Shown here: positions 47,332 to 60,103 of the stretch, in pieces | How positions within the stretch are numbered: position 1 is the first letter of the stretch | How the letters are laid out: the number at the start of each line of letters is the position of its first letter | Source of the DNA: an uncultured Nitrososphaeraceae archaeon | GTDB lineage: Archaea > Thermoproteota > Nitrososphaeria > Nitrososphaerales > Nitrososphaeraceae | Length of the DNA: 64,000 nucleotides | Assembly (NCBI GenBank): GCA_963825865.1 | Contig: CAWGVG010000026.1 | Location: 128,001-192,000 of the forward strand | Reading direction: 5' to 3' | Translations under genes and position numbers: made by a program | Notes under the pieces: model-generated | Databases searched by the model: none | Told to the model about the DNA's origin: nothing | Seen by the model: only the letters and a program-made list of their open reading frames with translations

Positions 47332-47846
47332 ATGAATAATTTGAGCTCATCGGTGAATAGCCTTGAATGGCGTAGAACGAAAATACAGGAGCTGGCAAGT
47401 CAGGGCTATAACCAATCAGAGATTTCTAGGATATTGCAAATAAGCCAACCTACCATTAACAGAGATATAGCATATCTCAGACAACAAGCCAAAACTAACA
47501 TCAGAAAATACATTGACAAGCCTACCAGAAGAATATGAGAAATGTCTGGTCGGATTGACAGCAATACTTAAGAGAAGCATAGAATACTTCACAGCAGACA
47601 GAAGACAGAAGAGAAAAGATTCAAGCCTTGTCTTTAGCAAAGGAATGCTATGCAATGAAGCTTGATCTATTAACTAACGTTACCGTAGTTGACGATGCAA
47701 TTAGATTTGTATATGAGAAATCATCATATAGCAGAAATGAGGATGTGAAAGAACCGAAGGAACCTGACTATAAAGATAAAGAGAATCTAGTTGAAAAACA
47801 ACAAGACGAGGAATCATCAATCATAACCATCAATCAAGTCTTCTAG
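47332..47846 (+). pseudogene. HTH protein of a Nitrososphaeraceae multi-copy family (terminase small-subunit-like), frameshifted
   Basis: WRRTKIQELASQGYNQSEISRILQISQPTINRDI...KIQALSLAKECYAMKLDLLTN. Confidence 0.6.
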
Positions 47847-48479
47847 GAATGAATTAAACGACATTATATATCTGGAGCATATAGTTGGTGATACCTTGGT
47901 TCTGTAACAAGTAACAATATAATCTCATTTTATAGCTGTAAATTATCGACTAATGATATGTAGGCCTATCTAACAGAGCTAGATATGATACATACAAAAA
48001 ATTGAACTAGCTGCTTCTTCATAAGCCTTACTATATTTCAGAGGATAAAAAGATTTTTTGAGAGCTTACCAGGCATAGCCAAATATAGTTGGTCAACTAA
48101 ATAGTGATACTTTCCATAATATTTTATTACTCTACAGTCAACAACGGCTCGAAATTTTACAGTAAAAAAATTGTAGAAAAACTCTGACATTTCGTCCAAA
48201 CAAATAACAGATAACTAGAGCATTTATAATTAAATGAATCAATGCTTCTATACCATTCCCTACAACAATTTGAAATAAGTAGGTATGTATTTTGAGATCC
48301 ATAGTATTTTTTCCTAAGTTTCCATAAAAAATGGCATCGATAGAACTATTTCATAGATTCTTCAGTCTTAGAGTGCTGCACAGTGTAACGCTTTGCAGTA
48401 CCATTTCACTCAAAAGAAAACTAAAATGTTAAGTGTTAAAAAGATAGACAATCTTATTTCCACTAGCATAATGCAGAAT

Positions 48480-49410
48480 GATTGGAGGTGCTAACTATCA
48501 AACTTGCAGAACCACTATCAAAAGGTAACAGTATTTGCATTACGATCAAATACTCTGCAGGTATATATGACGGTAATTATGCTCTTGGTCGTAAACCCAG
48601 AAGTGGATTTCATTTTGTACAACCTCCTTATATTAATCAACTCATATGACATGTAATACACATAACGCTTCTTTTATTCAGAACATGGAAGCTCTTCTTT
48701 TGCTGAACGATATTAAATATATGGATATGAAAATGGATCAGCGACATCATGCGCAAAAGGCATATCATCTTTATGATTATAATGGCTGCAGTACCATTGT
48801 CTCAATACAGAATCTTTGTGGGTCAAATCTGTTGCCCTGCAGATCATAGCCAGCACCACTAAAAACATTCGAACATGCACGAATACCAAAAAGAGGGTGC
48901 TCTTGTTCAAATTGTAGATCCCTTCCTCCACTTAGAGGATATGTCTTGCAGCATCCTTCACACTCTACGCTTCCATCTTTACCAAAAGGATGGTCCGGTT
49001 TTGGAGACAGACTGTTCTGAAAAACGTCCTTCAAATTCACTTCGATCTCCAATTGCAGGGCGAATTTCATTTTTGTGAAAGCCGCACTCTGGACCTCCCA
49101 ATCCGCTGTTGACTATCATTTGTGGAGATGAGTTACCATCCTTTAAATAGACGAATATTGGTTCATAATCATAGGTATGTGATGCCATCATACAGCTTTG
49201 ATAACCCCAGTAAAAGAAATACTGTATACATGTCTCTCGTGTGTCATCTTTTGCAACAAATCTATAATATGCTCCGGCAGGATCACCACTCAGACACTCA
49301 TGCGAGTAAACTATTGGTTTGTATTTAGTTGCTATTTCGTAATCAAAATATACTCTATATCGAGGAAGAACGTAGAGTTTGTTATCATTCATGTTGCTAT
49401 TAATACCCAT
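48480..49410 (-). CDS. Hypothetical protein (several frameshifts)
   Basis: Successive ORFs: CIQYFFYWGYQ..HTYDYEPIFV and HDVADPFSYPYI. Confidence 0.55.
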
Positions 49411-49647
49411 GGTTAGTTCAATACAAATGGTAATTTTATTAAAGTATTGCTACATAGTCCGAACCAACGGGCTTAATGCGCAAGGATATGATATCTTTTA
49501 TTATGATCATCATGTTTAACTCCAATTCTGTAAAGGGCTTGCCAATGCCTCTTGTCATTTATCTTATTCTTTAAATCTGTCTTCGTTATCGACAAGAAGT
49601 TCATGACCTCTAGTTCCTATTCCATGTGAACCTTCAATGATTGCATC

Positions 49648-49920
49648 TCATACTAACAGCTGTATATTCCATTTGTCAATATGATATACTTTAGAATGGA
49701 AAAGTCTTAGAGCACTCTCATTTAGTCCTATAAAATGTAAGATAAAGTGTGTAACTCCAATATCTGTATAGGTCCCAATACCCCTAGATATCTTTTCAGG
49801 ATTTCCTATAGTAATGCCTTGGTGATACACGTTCCGTATGCAAGGTTTCAACTAAGTTAATCTCTCCAGCCTGCCAGTGTATAGAGCAACACATCCAGTT
49901 CAACATCACTTTCAATTAAC
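49648..49920 (-). pseudogene. C-terminal fragment of LLM-class (F420/flavin) oxidoreductase
   Basis: IGNPEKI...YTDIGVTHFILHF....LRLF.SKV. Confidence 0.55.
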
Positions 49921-49934
49921 ATGCATGTATTACC

Positions 49935-50228
49935 ATGGGGACAGTGTTTAGATTTAAGGATTTGCCAGGTAGCTGGAGAAAAAGAGTTCAAGAGTCTATA
50001 AAGGATTTTTCTCCTGACACTAAAGACAGTGTCCTAAACATAATAGATTCTTGGCAAGATACAAAATCAGAAGAAAAACTAAAAGAACTGTTAGGTCATG
50101 ATAAGGCTGAAAGTTTGATAAAGAAGATTACTAGAAGAACAACAACAACAAAAAACAAATCTGCATTAACTTCTGACCAGCAGAATCAGGTAAAGGATAT
50201 GTTCAGAGAATCCCTGACCTTTGACTAA
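49935..50228 (+). CDS. Hypothetical protein
   Basis: Intact 97-aa ORF with protein-like composition. Confidence 0.6.
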   Translation: MGTVFRFKDLPGSWRKRVQESIKDFSPDTKDSVLNIIDSWQDTKSEEKLKELLGHDKAESLIKKITRRTTTTKNKSALTSDQQNQVKDMFRESLTFD

Positions 50229-50231
50229 ACA

Positions 50232-50388
50232 CTATATTTCTGTGGTAATCCAACGATATTGATTAAAGTAGCAATCTCCATTCGTTCTAACATCCTCATG
50301 CTTGTGTTCCTCGATATCCCACATCCAAAATGGTTTGTTTTGCAATCTTTCAGACAGTTTAGATTGTTGTAATGTTGCCTCTAGGGTT
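50232..50388 (-). pseudogene. N-terminal fragment of terminase-large-subunit-like protein
   Basis: RLQNKPFWMWDIEEHKHEDVRTNGDCYFN; family recognised from memory, unverified. Confidence 0.45.
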
Positions 50389-50890
50389 TCAGTTGGTTGA
50401 GTTTGAGCCATGCTTCCACCCAAGGAATCCCCAGTTTGACCAACCGTTGTTTGGGGCTGTTTGCCATACATTGAAAATCTCATTAGTAAAGCGTTCTGCA
50501 AAAACCTCTAGCCTCCCATCAGCATTTGAACCTATAGCCGGCTGTCCTCCTATTCTAAAGCTGTTCAAAATTGCCCAGTTTGACCAACCGTTGTTTGGGG
50601 CTGTTTGCCAAATATGATGTTTAGTTCTATCGTTTCGTACAACAAATACCTCCAATCTGCCATCTGCATTATGACCAACAGCTGGTGGAACTGAAAGCAG
50701 CAAGTCCAAGACCCAGGGAATCCAGTTAGACCACCCGGACTGGACTTGTCTGCCAAATTTGATAAAGATTGCCATCTGACCAAATTGCAAATACCTCCAA
50801 CCTTCCGTAAGTTCCTTCCTACAGACGGAGTTGAAGATAAATTTCCGCCCAAAGAAGCCCATTGTGTCCATTGTGTCCATCCAGTCACTT
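50389..50890 (-). pseudogene. PLL-type beta-propeller lectin repeat remnant
   Basis: Repeats NADGRLEVF...WQTAPNNGWSNW; DNA direct repeat CCCAGTTTGACCAACCGTTGTTTGGGGCTGTTTGCCA near 50430 and 50574. Confidence 0.7.
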
Positions 50891-51521
50891 CACGTGTACC
50901 TGGGATCGATTACTAAATAAACATTGATGATGAAAATTATTGTATAACGTAATGACCATTGCAGAAGCTTACCTTTATTGTATAGTTCCAGAATTACTGG
51001 CTTTAAATTCGTATGTTCAAATTGTTATGGCGAGTCCTTACATTATTAGTAACTGCCAAACAAAAAAATAGGAAATGCCATAGTAGATGAACATAGAAAG
51101 CCTGAGTCAGCATTTCAATTAACTGGACATAATAACATAGTTGACAAAAATAAATTAAGTCAAAGCGAACGTAATAAAGAAGAGACTGCATGTTCTAGGT
51201 CAACCTTGATAGAATAACATGGGTACTCATAATTGCGCTTTCCATCTTTGCTGTTGTCTGTTTCAAATTCGTCGCAGTAATATCATAACTAAGCCGACTA
51301 GATGAAAAATACAAAACTTCAGAACGAGCTTTATTTTCTTACTCTCATTCTGCCACCATCATTTTTCCATATTATTGGTTGAAGGATCACAACATGTTCA
51401 CCCTGTAAGGTATGTAAAGTATTGTTCATATCGTTTGGAGCTCTATTTTGAGCACGATTTTCACGTGATAGAATAAGCAACTCTTAAGAACTGATGGTAG
51501 CCTTTCTATAATAGAATATCT

Positions 51522-52741
51522 ATGAAAAGGTCTTCTCATTCTTCACAAAAGGTGTCAGCCAGGATTAGTCATATCCTAGGCAATTGGGTCATCGGCGCCC
51601 AGGAAGAACGAGCATCACTCAATCAATCTTTCCAACTAGAAAGCTTGCTCCCACATTTTACAGATTTGCCCCCACCTAAAAGTAACGCTCCATATCATCT
51701 TGATCTAGCAGACGTTATATCACAGGACGAAATAAAGTCGATAAATGAAAATGGCAATATTTCTTTTCATGCTGTTGGTGATACAGGTGGGATCAATAAC
51801 GCAACATATCAACAAATCAACGCAGAGGCTATGGAAACAGATTTTTCTAACCAAACAAACAACAACCCACTTTCTTTTATCATTTAGGAGATGTAGTTTA
51901 CTATGCCGGTGAAGCTAACCATTACTATGGTCAGTTTTATGAACCATATCAATATTACCCAAAACCAATATTTGCAATACCTGGTAATCATGACGGACTC
52001 ACACTTGGGGATCCCTCTAGTTCTTTAGCAGCATTTATTGACAATTTTTGTGCTGATGAACCTCACGTTACTAAGGATGCCGGTAGTATTACACGAGATG
52101 CCATGACGCAACCTTATGTTTACTGGACACTTAATGCACCATTTGTCACCATTGTAGGTCTATATTCAAATACTGATGAATTTGAAGGCGATTTTGATCA
52201 GAATCAAGTAAAGTGGCTTGTTAATGAGCTAAAAACAGCATCGAAAAACAAAGCATTGATAGTAGCTGTACACCATCCTGCTTATTCTGGAGATAGTGCT
52301 CGTGGTGGCAGCCATAAGGTTGCAAAAACCTTGGATGATGCTTTCGACCAGGCTGCTAGAAGAGCAGACCTAGTGTTATCTGGACACGTTCACAATTATC
52401 AACGCTTCACGCGTGTTTTCGATGGAGAACAAGTACCATATATTGTAGCTGGTGCAGGCGGATATCCTGCTCAACATTATTTGTTGAGAGACCCTGATGG
52501 AAACAAGATCGAAGTCCCTTCGAATTTCAGTAGCAGAAATGGAGTGAACCTAACCTTGGAAAATTATTCAGACAATCGTTTTGGCTATTTGCTCTTGCAT
52601 GTAACAGATAAAATCATAAAAGGTGAATATACTGCAACAGCGTATCATAATGAAGCATTTCATGCAGAGTCTGAACAGGTTGATAATTTTGAACTTGATT
52701 GGCGGCACCACAAATTAAAGAGAGGTGGTTCTATACCCTAG
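51522..52741 (+). CDS. Calcineurin-like metallophosphoesterase (purple acid phosphatase-like), frameshift near 51880
   Basis: VGDTGG, HLGDVVY, PGNHD, HHP and GHVH. Confidence 0.87.
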
Positions 52742-53145
52742 ATATTTTTTCCCAGGAAAATATCCAGAGCTCATTCCGATCTTCAAATATACTTGGTTTG
52801 GGCTGCCTTCCTCTTCACGGTAAGTTGTACTAATACCTTAACATGTTTTATTTCATGATCCTTTGCGTGATGTCACAAACACAATATTCAGATGAGCCAT
52901 CAGTGTTATCAACAGGATATATTAGTTTTTTAGTTTTATAGTTTGGTATAAGCCAATCATAATTAAGCAAAATCCTAAACGTCAATATGAAAGTGCAGAT
53001 CAATATAGCATATGACATCAGAATTAAGGAATAAGTGGATAAGTATAGAATGAAACCATTATACACTATATTAATTGTTGACAGCATTATTACTATCATT
53101 ATTTAATGCCCTGCAATACTATGATTATGATGTGAACTGTGTATC

Positions 53146-54110
53146 ATGCCTGAAGAAATAATATCAGTTACCCCAAAGCTCATCCGAGAGATTTTACCTC
53201 CACGTCTAGTATACTCGAAAAAAGGAGACAACGGCATAGTCCTTGTCATTGGCGGAAGTGGAATCTATCACGGTGCACCATTGCTTAGCACCTTAACTGC
53301 TTTGAGATCGGGAGTTGATCTTGTTTATACAGCAGTTCCAAAGTCAAATGTTGCACTTCTGAGATCTTTCTCCCCTAATGTCATAGCCTTGCCTTTTCCT
53401 AATGACAGATTTACCAGGCGATCTGCTAAGCAGTTGCTAAAAATGCTCCCAAAGAAACCAGATGTTGTTGCTATAGGAATGGGTATGGCTATAGAAAAGC
53501 CAGCATCTTTGGTATATATGGTAAAAGAATTAAAAAACAGGAAACAAAGTTACTGCTAGATGCTTCTGCTCTTATACCAGAAATTCTTGATCATATATCT
53601 GGAACTGATACAATTGTCACTCCACACTTTGGAGAGTACAAAAGACTATTTCAAAAGGAGAAGAATTATTGTGATGAGATAATGGATACAACAACAACTA
53701 CAATACAGGAACAAGCATCAAATGCATACAACTTGGCAAAAAAGTATGGAATCACAATAATTCTCAAAGGAAATAATAATATTATTTGTAATGGTAGTCA
53801 TCCAGAGAAGCATGATGAGGAAGAGGAGAAACCTTTAGCAGTGATTAAGAGGACTACGCCTGCAATGACTGTAGGTGATTGTGGCGATGTCCTATCTGGT
53901 GTAGTAGCAGGATTGCTTACAAAGATGCAAGATTCTTTTTCTGCATCAATTTCAGGTGTTTATCTTTGTGGAATAGCAGGAAGTTTAGCATATAAAAGAG
54001 TAGGATTGCACATGGTTGCAACTGATTTGATAGAAGAATTACCTAATGCTATGAAAACATTTGACAAAATCAATTCTAAACCGCAACCTTTTTCTAAAGT
54101 GAGAGAATGA
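53146..54110 (+). CDS. nnrD: ADP-dependent NAD(P)H-hydrate dehydratase (YjeF C-terminal), frameshift near 53545
   Basis: KGDNGIVLVIGGS..YHGAP, LDASAL, TPH.GE, ILKG and GDVLSG. Confidence 0.87.
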
Positions 54111-54312
54111 GACAGGTATAATAATAAAATCAGCTAAGAGGATTTTCAGTTTTTCTTAATAATATCCACGCAATTAGTCTTTGGCATTATCCTTTGAGAA
54201 GTATTATGAAACGCCGTACTACAATACAATCTCCAGTCAACATAATAGAATTATACAGCTAGCTGAAGACACTATTTAACATACCATCATCATTAATTAG
54301 TTGTGCCGCCAT

Positions 54313-56332
54313 TTATGAGATAACGATTCTTGCATCAAGTACTTTACATCCCATTCCTTGCTCGAAAACTATTAGTGGATTGATTTCTATCTCTTGTATT
54401 TCGGAAAAATCTGTAACAAGTTGTGACATACGTTGTATGCATTCAACTATGGATTCTATATCTGATGGTTCCTCTCCTCTTGCTCCTAAAAGGATCTTGT
54501 TGACTTTTGTTGATTCTATCATATGGCGTGCACCCAATTCCTTTATTGGTGCAAGTCTAAAAGAAACGTCTCTAAAGATTTCTACATATATTCCTCCTAA
54601 TCCAAACATAAGCAAAGGGCCAAACTGATGGTCACGTTTCATTCCTATGATGACTTCCTTGCCATTTCTTATGAACTCCTGAATGTTAATTCCTACTATA
54701 CTTGCATCAGCTTTTGCTTTTCTAACATTCTGCATTATTCTTTGAAATGCATCTCTTACTTCCTGAGCATTTCTCAAATTAAGTTCAACACCTCCGACAT
54801 CAACCTTGTGCACAATATCTGGCGAAGATATTTTGAGTACAACAGGATAGTCAATCTCTTCAGATAAATTAACGCAATCGTCTTCATTGGTCGCTAACCT
54901 GGATTTAGGAATCTGAAATCCATAAGATTTTACTATTTGCATTGCTTCAGTTTCGTGTACATAATTTCTTCCTTTTTCCTTGACTTTAGCAAATAATGTT
55001 CTAACCTCATCTTTGGAGACGTCAAATTGTTTGATTCCTGTCCTTGGTCTTGCTATCCAAGATCTGTATTCTTGCATAGCAACAATAGCTCTTGCTGAAG
55101 ATTCAGGAAAAGAGTACTGTGGTATTTTATTTTCATCAAGTTTCGCTAAGGCATTTTCAATTCCAGAAATTGCCATCATACAAGACAAAATTGTTTTTTC
55201 TTTGAATTCCTTGTTTATCTTTATCGTGATTTCAGCCAAGGATTCCATATCAAGCATCATCTGCGGAGTAGATATGACAATGCATGAATCCACGTTCGGA
55301 TCTCCAAGTACAGCTCTGAGTGCATTTTCATATCTCGTATGATCTGCATCGCCAATTATGTCAATTGGATTGATTAGTGATGCTGTTTTTGGAAGCATTT
55401 TTCTAAGTTCATTGATAGTCTTTTCGCTTAATTTGCTCAGCTTCAAATTATATTTTGCTGCCGCATCTGCAACTATTATGGCAGGACCTCCTGCGTTTGA
55501 AACTACTACGGTACCAACACCTCTTGGAATTGGCTGGTACGCAAACGCTATTGCATAGTCAAATAACTCTTCTAAAGTTTCAACCCTTAGGACCCCGCTC
55601 TGCGCAAAAATCGCTTTATATGTTTCTTGAGAGCCTGCTAACGCACCTGTATGTGATGCGATAGATTTAGCTCCAATAGTGGATTCTCCTACCTTCAGTG
55701 CAAGTATAGGTTTTCTTTTCTCTATTTCTCCCGTCACATAAGAAGAAATTTCTATAAATTTTCTACCATCGACCAGATCTTCAATGTACATTAAAATGAC
55801 TTCCGTAGAATCATCATTTCCAAGCATAGTAAGGAGATCATTTTCGTTCAGATCTGCCTTGTTTCCTAAACTAATCACTTTTGAGAATCCCATATTCCTC
55901 ATTTTTGCATATTCGAGCATAGCGACACAAATTGCGCCACTCTGAGAAACAAGTGCTATGCTACCAGACTTTGGCATTCCTTTGGTAAAACTTGCATTTA
56001 ACGAAACATACTTTGAATCCAGCAGAAATTATGACTGCGGCCCTTACTCCTTTCTTACCACAGTCTTCCGTTACTTGAGGCACAATACTGCTTGGAGTAA
56101 CTATTACTGCAAGATCGATAGGGTAGCCTATATCAAGTATATTTTTGTAACACTTTAAACCCAATATTGTATCACTTGAAGGATTAACAGGATACAATTT
56201 GCCCTTGAAACCTCCAGACAAGATATTAGCTATAACAGCATTGCCAACGCTGCCTTCTCTATTTGATGCACCTATAATCGCCACACTTGTAGGAGAGAAT
56301 ATATTTTCAACAGTCATAGATAGATAAGACAA
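54313..56332 (-). CDS. ADP-forming acyl-CoA synthetase, fused alpha-beta (acetate-CoA ligase family); internal deletion/frameshift near 56010
   Basis: IGASNREGSVG, SQSGA, SLGNKAD, SHTGALAG, NAGG, NPID and ATP-grasp HKVDVGGV/FGLGG; GPNC segment missing. Confidence 0.88.
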
Positions 56333-56694
56333 TCCTTATAGTATAAATTAGTTAGATAAAACTAGGATGAGTTCCAAAAAGTTATCTTTAAATTTTGCTC
56401 TTTTTCAGTCTATGCTCAAGATTTTAAGGCTCAACTTTATACACATGCGGAAGTTTCTGGTACATCTTTCTTTGAATCGTAGTTGATAAAAAGAGTAAAG
56501 GCACAATTAGAATAATAATAATAATGCCAATAGATACAATACAAGTTTATGTTTTTTTTAGAAATCATTAGTCTGGTTTTTGTCTTAATTGTTATTCCCT
56601 TCTAAAGTCATTCCTTCAATAGTCGTGGTCTGTAATAACCGCTTCGATAAGAAATCATAATCTAGTTACAATTATCACATACGCTTGCAGTGCA

Positions 56695-57201
56695 ATGCAC
56701 AACATTCGAATATATGTCATTATAGAATCAAATGATCAGAATAAGAGTGTGAGTATTGAATCAATTCCAGTATCTAGTCTTATGAGTAAAAGCGTGAAAA
56801 CAGAAACATCAGATCAAAATATCCGGGCAGTTTGTAGAATAATGCATGAAAACAATATTGGAAGTGTAGTTATTGTAAATCATGGTAATGACGACAAAAA
56901 CAGCAATAACAACAATAAACCAGTAGGCATAATCGCAGAAAGAGATATTGTACGGATAATAGGAACACTAGAGCCATCTTTACTCAAAGTACCTGCACAT
57001 GAACTAATGAGCAAACCATTGATTACAATATCCCCAAATAACTCCGTTAAAGAGGCAATGCATACTATGCAAGTGAAGAATATCCGTAGAATAGTAGTAG
57101 TTGAAAAAGAAGGAAAAGGTAATAATAACAATAAGATGGTTGGAATAATCACCAATAAAGACATATTCAAAGCAATAATGAAAAATCAGTCTGATACCTA
57201 G
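56695..57201 (+). CDS. CBS domain protein
   Basis: MHENNIGSVVIV..VGIIAERDI and NIRRIVV..GIIT. Confidence 0.85.
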   Translation: MHNIRIYVIIESNDQNKSVSIESIPVSSLMSKSVKTETSDQNIRAVCRIMHENNIGSVVIVNHGNDDKNSNNNNKPVGIIAERDIVRIIGTLEPSLLKVPAHELMSKPLITISPNNSVKEAMHTMQVKNIRRIVVVEKEGKGNNNNKMVGIITNKDIFKAIMKNQSDT

Positions 57202-57345
57202 TATATTAAACGTTGAATTACTAACACAACACAAACCTGTGTATGAACAATTTACTGAATATTGGTTTGGTGACATTCTTCATAGGCGCAGATATCATTT
57301 AACATACTTAAATAATCCTAAATAGCCTATGAGTAAGGTAGCATA

Positions 57346-57660
57346 ATGTCTAAAACCAGTTCTGGTTCAGATCAATACAATAAAAGTGTATTTCCTTTTT
57401 ATAGTAGATTTTCCATAAATATCTTTAAAGCTTTTGCTCGAGCGTTATCAAACTCAACACAATTTAACACAGATGTTGTGGCTGAAAAGGATGATCTAGT
57501 AGCGCCAAACTCTAGTAAGCCTCTTAATAGTGCATTAACAGAAAGTCATGACAAAAGCCTGATTGAATTTAACTCAGGACACGTTGGCCTGATGATAGGA
57601 AAAAAAGCTCATAAAGAACTCTGGCCCAAAGTAGGAGAATGGATAAAGAACCACTCATAA
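57346..57660 (+). pseudogene. phaC: C-terminal fragment of class III PHA synthase PhaC
   Basis: VVAEKDDLVAP...GHVGLMIG..AHKELWPKVGEW (Asp/His of triad); lipase box absent. Confidence 0.65.
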
Positions 57661-57859
57661 ATAAGATCGCATTTTAATATAAGATGGCATTTTCCCACCA
57701 AGATTGTGAAGAACGCCCTTTTTATAACCGTAGCATTAATTGGAAATAAAATTTTTAGATTACCAAATCGCTTTTTAGAGGAGAGTTTAGATTGGGTACT
57801 TGGCATTGAGATGGAAGTTATCTTCAATGGCTAATGAAGATGAGAAGTTATTGCTGGCG

Positions 57860-58010
57860 AAATAGTGCAGACCTCAGAGAGAAGAATCTCGATTTGATGG
57901 TGGTTGGAACAAGAGGAAGATCAGGATTTAAGAAACTATTACTTGTAAGTGATGCATTTTCAGTAGTAACTTATGTACATTGTCCTGTTATAGTAGTAAT
58001 GCGACTGGAA
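57860..58010 (+). pseudogene. Universal stress protein C-terminal fragment
   Basis: DLMVVGTRGRSGFKKLLL.S.A..VVTY.HCPVIVV. Confidence 0.7.
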
Positions 58011-58035
58011 GTGGTGATGGTAATGGTCATCATTA

Positions 58036-59058
58036 CTAATGTTGCGTTGGAGACACAGACAATACTTGGATTCGGCTATTATCACGATCGACGAGGTATC
58101 CTTTACCAGCTAACCCTAAGTCAAAATCAACTGAATTATGTAGATGACCACTAGTAGCTATGCCAAGAGGCCCCAATTTATTGATGAATTTGCCATCTTG
58201 ACTAAATTCCTGTATGCGATCATTGCCACTATCAACTACCCACACATGACCTATTGCATGATCTACAAATACATCAGTTGGAAAATACAGCTGACCATTA
58301 CCTCTACCAAGAGAACCCCAAGACATAATGAATTTGCCATCTGGGGTAAACTTATCAATATGGTTATTGCCAAAGTCAGCTACATATACATTACCAAATC
58401 CATCAACATCAAGACGACTTGGGTTAACAAATTGCCCTTCTCCTGTACCAAAAGAGCCGAAAGACATAATGAATTTGCCATCTGGGGTAAACTTATCAAC
58501 ACGGTTATTTCCAGTATCAGATACGTATACGTTACCTGTCTTAAGATCTACTGCAATACCGGTAGGAGTGATAAACTGTCCTGGGCCAGAGCCAGAAGAA
58601 CCCCATTTTGTAATGAACTTACCATCAGTTGCATTAAACTCCTGGACTCGTGCATTAGCTCCATCTGTCACATATATGTGACCTCGACCCTCATCTATGG
58701 CAGCCTCTATTGGGCTATTGAACTGTCCTGGGCCAGAGCCAGAAGAACCCCATTTTGTAATGAACTTACCGTCTATTGCATTAAGCTTTTGTATACGGTT
58801 ATTTCCAGTATCAACTACATACACATTACCTTTAAAGTCTAAATCTATACCTGATGGACTATCAAACTGACCATTACCTGATCCACGGGAGCCCCACGTA
58901 TTAACAATAGTCAGCGCATAAGCATATGAGGACATAGTAGCTGTAATTAAAAGCACAATTTGTACTATTGCTACTGCTCCTGATAATAAGATCCGCCTGG
59001 TGTTATTGTTGTTAAATTTTTCTGTTGATTTAGACCATAGAAGATAATCTATAATCAT
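58036..59058 (-). CDS. Secreted NHL-repeat beta-propeller protein
   Basis: Signal/TM segment, then repeats WGS.GSG.GQF..P.GI.VD..GNVYV.DTGNNR. Confidence 0.9.
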   Translation of the reverse strand: MIIDYLLWSKSTEKFNNNNTRRILLSGAVAIVQIVLLITATMSSYAYALTIVNTWGSRGSGNGQFDSPSGIDLDFKGNVYVVDTGNNRIQKLNAIDGKFITKWGSSGSGPGQFNSPIEAAIDEGRGHIYVTDGANARVQEFNATDGKFITKWGSSGSGPGQFITPTGIAVDLKTGNVYVSDTGNNRVDKFTPDGKFIMSFGSFGTGEGQFVNPSRLDVDGFGNVYVADFGNNHIDKFTPDGKFIMSWGSLGRGNGQLYFPTDVFVDHAIGHVWVVDSGNDRIQEFSQDGKFINKLGPLGIATSGHLHNSVDFDLGLAGKGYLVDRDNSRIQVLSVSPTQH

Positions 59059-59605
59059 GTGAATATAAACAATAGGGTAACGGTGTTCCTCTTTGATTAG
59101 CGATGAATTAGTAGAATTTGTAAGCGAAAGAACTCAAGACTGGAAAAGCACTAGGATTTAGAGAAGAGCCAACAAATTCGGCTTGCGCAGGATTGGAAGG
59201 TACTGAAGGAGATAACGGATATGATCAGGGGTATGTAGGTGCACATGTTCACATATCAAATTTAATATCTGTTCCAATATTCATTCTTCTTGGTGGTACA
59301 AGAATAGGTCTCTTTGCTGGAGCATTATCAGATTATTATTGCCTTCTTCTCCTCTTAGGAAGATTTTCTAATAGTATTTGCTATTTGATAAACAATTAGA
59401 CCATTCGTTGTCAGAGACATAAATGTTCATCTGTTTGTATAAGTTGATAGCCTACTCGTCATTTTAATGTATTTCTTTAAAATTATCTATGCATATATGT
59501 AAATAATAACAATAACAAGTAGATACACTACTAAATATCAAGAATAGATAGCATGCCAGTGCAATAAGTAAATATGATGAACATCTTAAATTTGCAATAA
59601 GAATA

Positions 59606-59708
59606 GTTAACCTTCAGCAATATCCATAAGCCGTAAAAGGATTCTCCAAATCTGCCATGACGTTTTAATCTATCGTGAGTATCGTCACCTACTCTTATCA
59701 TTTTCATT
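59606..59708 (-). pseudogene. Small ribbon-helix-helix/antitoxin-like protein remnant
   Basis: MKMIRVGDDTHDRLKRHGRFGESF. Confidence 0.4.
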
Positions 59709-59769
59709 CATAATGTATACACCACACGATAAGGAGTATGATTTTAGTGTCTTGCAATACAATACACTG

Positions 59770-60045
59770 CATAGATGTGGTGTTCTTCCACACTTTGGTT
59801 TATCCTTTAATCCTACCATACCTTCTTTGTTATATCTGTCAAGTCAATATGAAGCACAAGGCTTACTTCTATGGAGTTGTTGTACTACATGAGTAGGTAC
59901 TTCTCCATCAACTTCTACTCTCAGAGTAAGCAATAATCTCTCCTTCACCTTGGGATTATATTCTCTTTTGTATAGCTCTGTTAATTCTTTTTTTGAAACA
60001 GTCAAACAAATTTAGCAATGTGATGTAGCAAATAGCTTTTCCATG
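59770..60045 (-). mobile_element. IS630-family transposase 5' remnant
   Basis: ELTELYKREYNPKVKERLLL...LHRSKP.AS.*LDRYNKEG..GLKDKPKCGR, similar to the ORF at 43169-43636. Confidence 0.75.
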
Positions 60046-60103
60046 CAAGATAGTCAAAAATTATCTAAGAACATCTGCTAAGTGGTATATGAAAACACAA
60101 CTA

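Noticed and set aside
54313-56332. Specific call as 4-hydroxybutyryl-CoA or 3-hydroxypropionyl-CoA synthetase
   Set aside because: The family is right, but substrate cannot be assigned by eye, and the stress-gene context suggests a paralogue.
58300-58830. Direct repeats suggestive of a CRISPR array
   Set aside because: They are in-frame NHL protein repeats of varying length, with no repeat-spacer periodicity and no cas genes.
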